In this document: piece after piece, positions 9,124 to 19,669 of the stretch
Numbering within the stretch: the first letter of the stretch is position 1
Layout: each line of letters opens with the position of its first letter
Assembly (NCBI GenBank): GCA_902761695.1
Contig: CACWLT010000002.1
Location: forward strand, 13,210-61,834
DNA from: an uncultured Ruminococcus sp.
GTDB lineage: Bacteria; Bacillota; Clostridia; Oscillospirales; CAG-272
Reading direction: 5' to 3'
Length of the DNA stretch: 48,625 bases
Translations under genes and position numbers: made by a program
The notes under the pieces: generated by a model
What the model saw: the letters and a program-made list of their open reading frames with translations, nothing else
Told to the model about the DNA's origin: nothing
Databases searched by the model: none

Positions 9124-10152
9124 ATGAAGAAGTTATTCAGCTTTATGGACAACGGTTTTCGGGAAAACGGTTTTCATGAAAACGGCTACACGGAGACCAT
9201 CCGGAAGGGCCTTGACGCCGTGCGGGGATTCCGCAGGGGATTGATCGACGGGTCGGCCTTCAGTCCGGTTGAGAAGGAAGAAGCCGTTGCGCGGCTCTCG
9301 GATGCGCTGGACGGAGCGGATGCCGTGGTGGTTGGAGCGGGGGCGGGGCTCTCCGCGTCGGCGGGCTTCACCTACAGCGGCGAACGCTTCGAGAAGGTTT
9401 TCTTTGATTTCGGGAGGCGGTTCGGCATCCGGGATATGTATTCCGGCGGGTTTTATCCCTTCCCGGACGAGGAGACCCGGTGGGCCTGGTGGGCGCGGCA
9501 CATCTATTTCAACCGGTACGTCGATCCGCCGAAGCCCGTCTATCCGAAGCTGCTGGAGCTTCTGCGGGATAAAGACTATTTCGTTCTCACCACCAACGTG
9601 GACCATCAGTTCCAGCGGGCGGGAATTGACAAAAGCCGCCTGTTTTATACCCAGGGGGACTACGGCCTGTTCCAGAGCGCGTCCCGGAGAAACCGCGCCA
9701 CCTACGACAACGAGGAATGGGTGCGGCGGGCCATGGCGGCGGAGCGGTTCATCCCGGATGAGGACGGCGTTTTCACGGTGCCGAAGGATCGGCTGCTCTC
9801 CATGCGCCTCCCGACGGAGCTGATTCCGAAATGCCCGGACGGGAGCGCGGCCGTGATGAACCTGCGCGCCGACGAAAGCTTTGTGGAGGATGAGGGCTGG
9901 CACAGGGCCTCCGCCGCCTACGCCGCGTTTCTGAAGGCCCACGAGGGGGAGCGGGTCCTCTATCTGGAGCTGGGCGTCGGCGCGAATACCCCCGTCATCA
10001 TCAAGTACCCCTTCTGGGCCATGACGGCGGAGAATCCGAAGGCTGTTTACGCCTGCCTCAACCGCGGGGAAGCCGTCGCGCCTGCGGAGATCGGGAAGCA
10101 GTCCCTGTGCATCGACGGGGATATCGGGGAGATCCTCGCGCGGCTGGGGTGA
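9124..10152 (+). CDS. Sir2-family protein, class M (SirTM-like)
   Basis: GAGAGLSASAG, TTNVDHQF, FYTQGDYG (Gln at the catalytic His position), LELGVGANTP. Confidence 0.85.
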   Translation: MKKLFSFMDNGFRENGFHENGYTETIRKGLDAVRGFRRGLIDGSAFSPVEKEEAVARLSDALDGADAVVVGAGAGLSASAGFTYSGERFEKVFFDFGRRFGIRDMYSGGFYPFPDEETRWAWWARHIYFNRYVDPPKPVYPKLLELLRDKDYFVLTTNVDHQFQRAGIDKSRLFYTQGDYGLFQSASRRNRATYDNEEWVRRAMAAERFIPDEDGVFTVPKDRLLSMRLPTELIPKCPDGSAAVMNLRADESFVEDEGWHRASAAYAAFLKAHEGERVLYLELGVGANTPVIIKYPFWAMTAENPKAVYACLNRGEAVAPAEIGKQSLCIDGDIGEILARLG

Positions 10153-10174
10153 GGGGTAAAAAGGGCCCCTCCTT

Positions 10175-10879
10175 TTAATACCCCAGCTCGTCCAGCCAGG
10201 CGGCGACGTCCTTTCGCACGCTGTCCTGTCTGTTCTGACAGTCGTTCCCGCGGACGGCGAGACCTTTCAGAACCTCCGCGTCCGGGCAGGCTTTGGCGAG
10301 CTTTTTGTCGAATCCGGACAGGCCCGAGCCCTCGTGGGTGGAGAAGGGGACGATCGTCTTTCCGGAGAGGGCGCCGGCGTTGTTCTCAAAGAAGGTGTAC
10401 ATAATCATCGGCCAGTCGCCCCACCACACCGGCGCGCCCATGAAGATCATGTCATATGCGGAGAGGTCGGGCAGATCTCCGGCGTACTCCGGGCGGGCGT
10501 TCTCGTTCTGCTCCCGCTTTGCCACGTCGGTCAGCTCCGCGTAGGTCATGGGATAGTGGTCGTCCGCGGGGAGAAGCTCGAAAAGGTCCGCGCCGAGCTG
10601 TTCCGCGATCATCTCCGCGACGATGGCGGTGTTGCCCTTGTCGATGACGCCGACGGTGTACTGCTCGCCCGTGCGGGAGAAGAAGACCACAAGAGATTTG
10701 CACTCCCCCGCGCTGTGGGCTTCCTGTTCCGCTGTGTGATCGGCGGACGGAGCGGCTTCGTTTGAAACATGTTCTTCTGCGGTCTGCTCCGGTTCGATTC
10801 CCTTCCCGCACGATGCCAGACAGAACAGCAGGCACAGTACCATCGCGAGGCAGACGAGCTTTGTTCCGATTCTTTCCAT
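10175..10879 (-). CDS. Flavodoxin with lipoprotein signal
   Basis: LASC lipobox; VVFFSRTGE, GNT, GAPVWWG, PFSTHEGSG. Confidence 0.85.
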   Translation of the reverse strand: MERIGTKLVCLAMVLCLLFCLASCGKGIEPEQTAEEHVSNEAAPSADHTAEQEAHSAGECKSLVVFFSRTGEQYTVGVIDKGNTAIVAEMIAEQLGADLFELLPADDHYPMTYAELTDVAKREQNENARPEYAGDLPDLSAYDMIFMGAPVWWGDWPMIMYTFFENNAGALSGKTIVPFSTHEGSGLSGFDKKLAKACPDAEVLKGLAVRGNDCQNRQDSVRKDVAAWLDELGY

Positions 10880-10893
10880 ATGGTCCCCCGTCC

Positions 10894-11424
10894 TCAGATC
10901 AGACCGTTCGCCGAGAGCCATTTCTTCACGGCTCCCTCGGAATTCGCCGCCTGACTGCCCGTGATCGAAAGACCCTTTTTCAGTACCGCGCCGGGGGCGT
11001 ATTTTTTGATGTCCCGCTCGCTCGATCCCATGCCGCTGCCCTCGTTGGTGCAGAGGGGGAGGATGGTCTTGCCGGTGAAGTCGAAGGCTTCGAGGAAGGT
11101 CACCACCGCCATGGGCATGGTTCCCCAGTAGTTCGGGTAGGCGAGGATCACGGAGTCATACCCGGCGAGGCTTTCGGGCAGGGAGACCAGCTCGGGACGC
11201 GCGCCGGAGCGGAGATCCTTTTTTGCTTCGTCGATGCAGGTCATATACACCGGGGAATAGGGGGTCTTCATCTCGATCTTGAAGCTGTCCGCCCGGGCGC
11301 TGCCCAGCAGTTTTCCGATGATCCCGCAGACGATCTCGGTGTTCCCGACTTTCACATAGCGCATGGCGCCGCCGAAATAGTTTTCATCCGCTCTCGAGAA
11401 ATAGGCGATCAGGGTCTTGCTCAT
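10894..11424 (-). CDS. Flavodoxin
   Basis: LIAYFSRADENY, VGNT, YPNYWG, PLCTNEGSG. Confidence 0.88.
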   Translation of the reverse strand: MSKTLIAYFSRADENYFGGAMRYVKVGNTEIVCGIIGKLLGSARADSFKIEMKTPYSPVYMTCIDEAKKDLRSGARPELVSLPESLAGYDSVILAYPNYWGTMPMAVVTFLEAFDFTGKTILPLCTNEGSGMGSSERDIKKYAPGAVLKKGLSITGSQAANSEGAVKKWLSANGLI

Positions 11425-11544
11425 GATTGGTGCACTCCTGTTGTGTGATTTGTTTTTCTGACTCCATTATACGCGGGATCTCTTGATTTTTCAATCGGAA
11501 TCCTGTATAATCGATTCAAAAATCAAATCACAGGAGCGGGGAAC

Positions 11545-12432
11545 ATGACCACCAAGCAGATCGATTACTGCATCGAGCTGGCGCGCACGCTCAATTTCAG
11601 CCGGGCGGCGGACAATCTCTACGTCAGCCAGCCGTCCTTTTCCTATCAGATCCGGCTTTTGGAGGAAGAGATCGGTTTCGCCGTATTCGAGCGGAGCGGA
11701 CGGGGCGCGTCTCTCACCCCGGCGGGCGCGCAGTTCGTGTCTTTTCTCACCGGGATGCGGGAGGACCTGAAGCGCGCCATCGAGCAGGGACAGAATTTCA
11801 GCGCGGCCTACCGGGACTCGATCTCCGTCAGCCTGATGGTGCGGCAGGCGGTGTATTTTCTCCCGGAGGCCATGCGGCACTTCTCCCGGAGCTGTCCGGA
11901 GGTGCAGATCACGCCCCTTTTTCAGTACGAGGGCGGGATCGAGGCGTTTCTGAAAAACGAGGTCGATCTGGTGTTCGCCCTGCGGGAGCAGACGAAGCAG
12001 ATCCCCGGGATCACGGTGTACGACCTCTTCGAGAGCCGGGTCTATCTGATCGCCGACCGGAACGATCCCTTAGCGAAGAAGAATCTCATCCGGGAGGAGG
12101 ACTTATACGGCCGGACGCTGATGGTGGGGGGCGGATCCCCGGCGGCGCTGAGGACGGTCCAGCACCGGCTGATCGGGACGGGGAGGATCCGCTATTTCAA
12201 CAGCCCGGATCACGATTCCACCCTTGTGAACGTGGCGGCGGGACGGGGAATCTGCCTCGCGCCCGGATTTCTGAACGACCACAGCGGCCAGTTCGCGTGG
12301 ATCCCCTTCGACTGCGGAGAGACCTTCTCCTGCGTCCTCATCGGCCATCAGGCGGACCGGCGGGAGAGCGTCGCGGCGTTCGTCGGGATTCTGCAGAGGC
12401 TGTACCGGGAGGCCGTGGCGTTTCCGCTGTGA
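11545..12432 (+). CDS. LysR-family regulator, divergent from the flavodoxins
   Basis: LNFSRAADNLYVSQPSFSYQIRLLEEEIG..LTPAG; 295 aa. Confidence 0.92.
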   Translation: MTTKQIDYCIELARTLNFSRAADNLYVSQPSFSYQIRLLEEEIGFAVFERSGRGASLTPAGAQFVSFLTGMREDLKRAIEQGQNFSAAYRDSISVSLMVRQAVYFLPEAMRHFSRSCPEVQITPLFQYEGGIEAFLKNEVDLVFALREQTKQIPGITVYDLFESRVYLIADRNDPLAKKNLIREEDLYGRTLMVGGGSPAALRTVQHRLIGTGRIRYFNSPDHDSTLVNVAAGRGICLAPGFLNDHSGQFAWIPFDCGETFSCVLIGHQADRRESVAAFVGILQRLYREAVAFPL

Positions 12433-12544
12433 GGTATGGCCGCAGCCGTTCCGCACGTTCCGCCAAACGGCCCCGTTGCTGCCGCCGCAGCTGCGGATTT
12501 CGGCGTTCAGACCTCGGAGCCCCGGGGCTTGTCCTTTTTTTGTT

Positions 12545-14269
<1,725 letters not shown>

Positions 14270-14292
14270 TCATTCTGCATTCTGTATTTTTC

Positions 14293-15822
14293 TCACTCCC
14301 ACTCCACCGTCGCCGGGGGCTTGGAGGTAATATCGTACACCACCCGGCTGACGTTTTTGACCTCGTTGGTGATCCGGTTCGACGCTTTCGCGAGGACTTC
14401 GTAGGGCAGCCTCGACCAGTCGGCGGTCATGAAATCGTCGGTGGACACCGCGCGGAGGGCAACGGTGTACCCGTAGGTACGGGCGTCCCCCATCACGCCG
14501 ACGGTGCGGGAATCGGTCAGGACGGCGAAATACTGATTCGTCTCCCGCTCCAGCCCCGCCGCGATGATCTCCTCCCGGAAGATCGCGTCGCAGTCCCTCA
14601 GCGCGGAGAGCTTTTCCTCCGTCACCTCCCCAAGGACGCGGATGGCCAGTCCCGGGCCGGGGAAGGGCTGACGCCATACCAGCTCGCGGGGGATCCCCAG
14701 CTCCAGCCCCGCCGCCCGCACCTCGTCCTTGAAGAGCAGGCGCAGGGGCTCCACGATTTCGTCGAAGTCGATCACCGAGGGCAGCCCGCCCACGTTGTGA
14801 TGGCTCTTGATGGTGGCCGCCTCGCCGACGCCGCTCTCCACCACGTCCGGGTAGATGGTCCCCTGCACCAGCACGTGAACGTGCCCGATTTTCTTCGCCT
14901 CCGCCTCGAAGACCCGGATGAACTCCTCGCCGATGATCTTCCGCTTTTTCTCCGGCTCCGTCACCCCGGCCAGCTTCGAGAGGAACCGCTCCCCGGCGTT
15001 CACCCGGACGATGTTCATGTCGAACCGCTCCCGGAAGGTTTTCCCCACGATGTCCCCCTCGTCCTTCCGGAGCAGGCCGTGGTCCACGAAGACGCAGACA
15101 AGGCTGTCCCCGATGGCCCGATGGAGCAGCACCGCCGCCACGGAGGAATCCACCCCGCCGGAGAGGGCGCAGAGGACCTTTTTCCCGGCGAGCTCTTTTC
15201 GGTATTTCTCCACGGACGAGCGCACGAAGTCCTCCATGGTCCAGTCCCCGGAGCAGCCGCAGACCGTGAAGAGGAAGTTTTTAAGCATCGCCTTCCCGCA
15301 TTCCGTGTGCATCACCTCGGGATGGAACTGCACGCCGTAGAGCCGCCGCTCTTCATCCGCCATGGCCGCCGCCGGACAGTGCTCCGTGGTCCCGATCACG
15401 GAAAAGCCGTCCGGGAGGCGCTTCACGTAGTCCGTATGGCTCATCCAGCAGACACTTTTCTCCGGGATCCCGTCAAACAGAGGGGATTTTTTACAGGTCA
15501 GCTCCACCTTGCCGTATTCCGAGATCGCCCCAGCGGAGCCCACCTCGCCGCCCTCCAGCCAGGCCATGAGCTGACAGCCGTAACAGATGCCGAGGACCGG
15601 GATCCCGAGAGAGAGGATTTCCCTCTCGCAGCGGGGGGACGCGGGATCGTAGACGGAATTGGGCCCGCCCGTGAAGATGATCCCGGCGTATCCGGCTTCC
15701 CGGATTTCGTCGAGCGGGGTTTTGTATGAACGGATTTCGGCATAGACGCGATGCTCCCGCACCCGCCGCGCGATGAGCTGATTGTACTGCCCGCCGAAAT
15801 CGAGCACGAGGATCTTATCCAT
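14293..15822 (-). CDS. guaA: GMP synthase (glutamine-hydrolysing)
   Basis: [44 protein letters not shown]. Confidence 0.97.
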   Translation of the reverse strand: MDKILVLDFGGQYNQLIARRVREHRVYAEIRSYKTPLDEIREAGYAGIIFTGGPNSVYDPASPRCEREILSLGIPVLGICYGCQLMAWLEGGEVGSAGAISEYGKVELTCKKSPLFDGIPEKSVCWMSHTDYVKRLPDGFSVIGTTEHCPAAAMADEERRLYGVQFHPEVMHTECGKAMLKNFLFTVCGCSGDWTMEDFVRSSVEKYRKELAGKKVLCALSGGVDSSVAAVLLHRAIGDSLVCVFVDHGLLRKDEGDIVGKTFRERFDMNIVRVNAGERFLSKLAGVTEPEKKRKIIGEEFIRVFEAEAKKIGHVHVLVQGTIYPDVVESGVGEAATIKSHHNVGGLPSVIDFDEIVEPLRLLFKDEVRAAGLELGIPRELVWRQPFPGPGLAIRVLGEVTEEKLSALRDCDAIFREEIIAAGLERETNQYFAVLTDSRTVGVMGDARTYGYTVALRAVSTDDFMTADWSRLPYEVLAKASNRITNEVKNVSRVVYDITSKPPATVEWE

Positions 15823-15843
15823 ATCGAATGCGCAGTCTCCTTT

Positions 15844-16590
15844 TCAGCGGTTTTCGTCCGCGGCGGCTCCGTCTGCCTCCGTCCGGTCCTCCAGCCTGCC
15901 CATGATCTCCCGGTACGCTTCCTCCACGCCTCCGAGATCCCGGCGGAAACGGTCCTTATCCAGCTTTTTCCCGGTCTCGCTGTCCCACAGTCTGCAGGTA
16001 TCGGGGCTGATTTCGTCCGCGAGGATGATGCTTCCGTCCGGCAGCCTGCCGAATTCCAGCTTGAAATCGACCAGGGTGACGCCCCGGGCGAGCCAGAAGG
16101 CCTTTAAAAGCTCGTTCGTCCGGAACGAGAGCGTCTTGATCTCCTCGATCTCCTCCGGCGCGGCGAGGCCGAGGGCCAGGGCGTGGTACTCGTTGAGGAG
16201 CGGGTCGCCCAGCGCGTCGTTTTTGTACGAGAACTCGATGGTGGGGGAATCGAACGCGGTCCCCTCCTCCACGCCGTAGTTTTTTGCGAAGGATCCGGCA
16301 GCCATGTTGCGGACGATCACCTCCAGCGGAACGATTTTCACCTTTTTCACAAGGGTGTCCCGGTCGTTCAGCTCCTTCACATAGTGCGTCGGGATCCCTT
16401 CCTTCGCCAGATAGCGCATCAGGGCGTTGCTCATCCGGTTGTTGATGACGCCCTTGCCCTCGATAGTCCCGCGCTTCAGGCCGTTGAACGCGGTCGCGTC
16501 GTCCTTGTAGGACACGATCAGAAGCGCCGGATCCTCGGTCGCATAGACTCTTTTTGCCTTTCCCTCGTAGAGCAGAGAACCTTTTTCCAT
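15844..16590 (-). CDS. purC: SAICAR synthetase
   Basis: LYEGKAK, KDDATAFNG, LVDFKLEFG, LADEISPDTCRLWD; GGAGG before ATG 16590. Confidence 0.96.
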   Translation of the reverse strand: MEKGSLLYEGKAKRVYATEDPALLIVSYKDDATAFNGLKRGTIEGKGVINNRMSNALMRYLAKEGIPTHYVKELNDRDTLVKKVKIVPLEVIVRNMAAGSFAKNYGVEEGTAFDSPTIEFSYKNDALGDPLLNEYHALALGLAAPEEIEEIKTLSFRTNELLKAFWLARGVTLVDFKLEFGRLPDGSIILADEISPDTCRLWDSETGKKLDKDRFRRDLGGVEEAYREIMGRLEDRTEADGAAADENR

Positions 16591-16630
16591 GATTTCCTCC
16601 GTTTCGGACAATCTGTATCTTCGATTTTGT

Positions 16631-17215
16631 TTAAGCTTCGCTGTCTCTGATGATCTCCAGGGCGATCTCCCTGCGTGGGAGACAGCGGTCCATCGCCTGT
16701 TTTTCGATATACCGGTGCGCGGCGGCCTCGTCCATCGAGCGCGTCCGGATCAGCGCCCATTTGGCCCGGTTGACGAGGCGGATTTCCTCCATCTTTTCCT
16801 CCAGCGTGAGGGTCTTTCTCTCGGACATCCGCAGCCGTTCCCTGGCGCTCCGCATCCACGAGAGGGCGGTCGAGACGGTGTTTTTCGACACGGGCTTCGG
16901 GAGGACGAACACCCCGCGGCCGCCGAGCCTTTCGTCCGTTTCCGCGTAAAGCTCCGCCCGGACGAGGAAGAGGACGACGCATCCGCCCGACGACGAATCG
17001 ATGGCGAAGCGCGCGCCGCTGTCGTCCGGCAGGGGGGAATTGACGAGGATCAGGTCGAATTCCCGCTCCGCCGCCGCCCGTTTCGCCGCCGAGACGGATG
17101 TGACGCCCTGCACGGGGGAATAGCGTTCCTCCGTCAGCATGGAGCGGAGCGCGTCGTTCATCTGTCCCGGCGCGGACACGAGCAGAACGCCGTACGCGCG
17201 GCCTTCTTCAAGCAT
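16631..17215 (-). CDS. Pseudo-receiver + ANTAR RNA-binding antiterminator (NitR/AmiR-like)
   Basis: C-terminal EIRLVNRAKWALI..MDEAAAHRYIEKQAMDR..REIA. The receiver lacks its acidic pocket (LLVSA) and phospho-Asp (LILVNSPLP). Confidence 0.9.
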   Translation of the reverse strand: MLEEGRAYGVLLVSAPGQMNDALRSMLTEERYSPVQGVTSVSAAKRAAAEREFDLILVNSPLPDDSGARFAIDSSSGGCVVLFLVRAELYAETDERLGGRGVFVLPKPVSKNTVSTALSWMRSARERLRMSERKTLTLEEKMEEIRLVNRAKWALIRTRSMDEAAAHRYIEKQAMDRCLPRREIALEIIRDSEA

Positions 17216-17255
17216 CTCTCACCCCTCCCTTCGCTGTAACTGCGCGGTTCTCATG

Positions 17256-18428
17256 TCACTCCGCGCCGTAGGCCTTCCGCACGGACGGGGGCAGGCAGTC
17301 CCGGACGAAGCCGCTGTTTTTCGCTGAGGCTTTCGCCGCCGAAAGATCCCCGGGCAGCCGCGCTCCGCTTGCCGTGTTCCCCTCTGGCGGCAGAACGGCG
17401 CCTTTATAAAATCCCGCCAGTCCCGCGCGGATCAGCAGCGTCAGGGCGAGGTACGGGTTCGCGCCGGGATCCGGGGAACGCAGCTCGGCCCGGTTCTCCC
17501 CTTCCGGCATCCAGACAAGGCGGGCGCGATCCCTGCCGGACCACGCGATTCCGTTGTCCCGCCCCGCGAGCCGTCTATAGGAACTCTCCGTCGGATTGAG
17601 AAAGAGCGTCATGGCGCCGAGGTGGGAGAGGATTCCGGACGTGACTGCGGCGAGGGCCTGTTCCCCGGGGCACGCATCCTTCGCCGGCCGCACGGAATAG
17701 TTGATGTGGCATCCGTTCCCGGGCTCCCCGTCCAGGGGCTTGGGGGAGAAATCCGCCGCGAGGCCGTTGCGGTGCGCCACGGTGCGGACCACGGTCTGGA
17801 AGGTCATGGCGTTATCCGCGGCGGAGAGGGCATCGGAGAAATGAAAGTCGATTTTGTTCTGGCCCGGTCCCTCCTCATGGCAGGAGCTTTCCGGGCGGAT
17901 CCCCATCTGCTCGAGAGTCAGGCAGACCTCCCGCCGGATGTTCTCCCCCCGGTCCTCGGGCGCGATGTCCATGTAGCCCGCGCGGTCGTAGGGAATCCCC
18001 GTGGTCCTGCCGTCCTCGTCCGTGCGGAAGAGGTAGAAGGTCTGCTGGAGGCCGAAGAGGAAGGACAGTCCCGCCTCCTCCGCGTCCGCCGCCGCTTTTT
18101 TCAGAAGGCTCCGGGTATCGGCGGGATGGGGTGTGCCGTCGGGGAGAGCCGCCGCCGCGTACATTCTCACGACCCTCCCGTGCTCCGGACGCCAGGGCAG
18201 CACCGAAAGCGTCGCGGGGTCGGGGCGGAGCGTCAGGCTCGGCTCCCCCTCAAAACCGCAAACGGCGGAGGGATAAAAGGGTATCCCCCCGTCAAAGGCG
18301 CGCTCCAGCTCACCGGGCATGATGGAGATATTTTTCTGCCGTCCGAAAAGATCGCAGAAGGCCAGGCGGATGAACTTGACGTCCTCTTCACGGACGTATT
18401 CCATGACCTCGTCTTTGGTATAATTCAT
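17256..18428 (-). CDS. glnA: Glutamine synthetase type I homolog with degenerate active site
   Basis: VKFIRLAFCDLFG, LPWRP, HEEGPGQ, PKP..GNGCH, ELRSPD; several metal ligands substituted (see findings). Confidence 0.85.
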   Translation of the reverse strand: MNYTKDEVMEYVREEDVKFIRLAFCDLFGRQKNISIMPGELERAFDGGIPFYPSAVCGFEGEPSLTLRPDPATLSVLPWRPEHGRVVRMYAAAALPDGTPHPADTRSLLKKAAADAEEAGLSFLFGLQQTFYLFRTDEDGRTTGIPYDRAGYMDIAPEDRGENIRREVCLTLEQMGIRPESSCHEEGPGQNKIDFHFSDALSAADNAMTFQTVVRTVAHRNGLAADFSPKPLDGEPGNGCHINYSVRPAKDACPGEQALAAVTSGILSHLGAMTLFLNPTESSYRRLAGRDNGIAWSGRDRARLVWMPEGENRAELRSPDPGANPYLALTLLIRAGLAGFYKGAVLPPEGNTASGARLPGDLSAAKASAKNSGFVRDCLPPSVRKAYGAE

Positions 18429-18469
18429 GACAATACTCCTGAAATGCAGTGTATTCGCACTATGTAAGG

Positions 18470-18850
18470 AAGGAAACCCTGCGGATTTCCAATTAATCGT
18501 ATGTCCCTGCGCGGGACAGGCGGCACGAGGGACACCATCTCATGGCCGACTGAGTTCACGCTGTGAACTCGGGTGCCCACTCGTGCGGGTCCCCCTTGGC
18601 CGGGGAGCATAACTTATCCTCTCATCTCTGTATCTAAACTTGACAGTTCATCCCACGTCCTCGCCTGAAGAATGCTCTGCATTCTTCGGGAGTTGCTCCG
18701 CAACTCCGGCGGACCACGGTGCGTCAGCTGAAACATGCGTGAAATCCCATCGGAGATGGAATTTCACGTGTTTCCCGCGCCGACGCAGTCGCGCAGGAGC
18801 CTCGCAAACAGCGATCGAAACGCGCATGACACGGGGCGCGATGGAGAATA
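18470..18850. other. Densely structured non-coding intergenic element (nested hairpins)
   Basis: At least 7 inverted repeats, e.g. GAGTTCAC-gct-GTGAACTC, GAAGAATGC-tct-GCATTCTTC, GGAGTTGC-tcc-GCAACTCC, TGCGTCAGC..GCCGACGCA. Confidence 0.65.
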
Positions 18851-18946
18851 GGCGGAGAATATAATTCATCCGCGCGAATTGGAGGGTATTCATTCGCTGG
18901 GAGGTGTTATCCTTTTGGTGGTGTTCCTTTTCTGCTCGTCCGCCCG

Positions 18947-19669
18947 TCAGTTTTCCACGTACATTCTGCGGTAGGGGTTGGCGGTGTCGGGGGTTATGAG
19001 GGTGAAGGGGGAAGAGAGGATGCTCTCCGCGTCCTTGGCGAAGAGGGCGGCGTAGGTTTCGATAATCGGGCGGACAGCCGTCATATCCTCCGGGGTCGCC
19101 TCTCTGGCGGTGACCTGGGGAGGGAAGGCGATATCCGTGCAGGAGCCGCGCAGCACCATCTTTCCGCCGTGCATGCCGGTACAGGGGAAGTCCCCCACGA
19201 TCCTGCGGCTGTCCTCGTGCAGGCCCAGCACCACGATGAGGCCGCCGGCCTGGTATTCGCCGAGAAAGCTGCCCGCGCACCCGCCGATGACGAGGACGGG
19301 GATTTTGTCCTTGTATTCCTTCATATGGATCCCGGCCCGGTAACCGGCGCTGTCCCGGACGTAGATTTCCCCGCCGCGCATGGCGTACCCGGCCGCGTCC
19401 CCGATGCTCCCATGGATCACGATCCGGCCGCCGTTCATGGTGTCGCCCACCGCGTCCTGCGCGCTGCCGTCCACCGTGATTTCCGCGCCGTTGAGGTAGG
19501 CGCCCAGGGCGTTGCCGGGGATCCCTCTGATTTCGATGCTGCCCCCGCTCATGCCCGCGCCGATGAACCGCTGGCCGAGGCATCCCGTGACCCGGACGGA
19601 TCCCCCCGCTCCCCGGATCGCCTCGTTCAGCTCCCGGTGGTCCAGCTCCTTTGCGTAAAGCGTCGTCAT
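18947..19669 (-). CDS. Glutamate synthase GXGXG-domain subunit (GltB3-like)
   Basis: GQRFIGAG, GNALGAYLNG, GDTMNGG, GEYQAGG, GMHGG repeats. Confidence 0.9.
   Translation of the reverse strand: MTTLYAKELDHRELNEAIRGAGGSVRVTGCLGQRFIGAGMSGGSIEIRGIPGNALGAYLNGAEITVDGSAQDAVGDTMNGGRIVIHGSIGDAAGYAMRGGEIYVRDSAGYRAGIHMKEYKDKIPVLVIGGCAGSFLGEYQAGGLIVVLGLHEDSRRIVGDFPCTGMHGGKMVLRGSCTDIAFPPQVTAREATPEDMTAVRPIIETYAALFAKDAESILSSPFTLITPDTANPYRRMYVEN

Noticed and set aside
18640-18670. TTGACA on the plus strand as an antisense promoter near glnA
   Set aside because: No -10 at 16-18 nt, and it points away from glnA.
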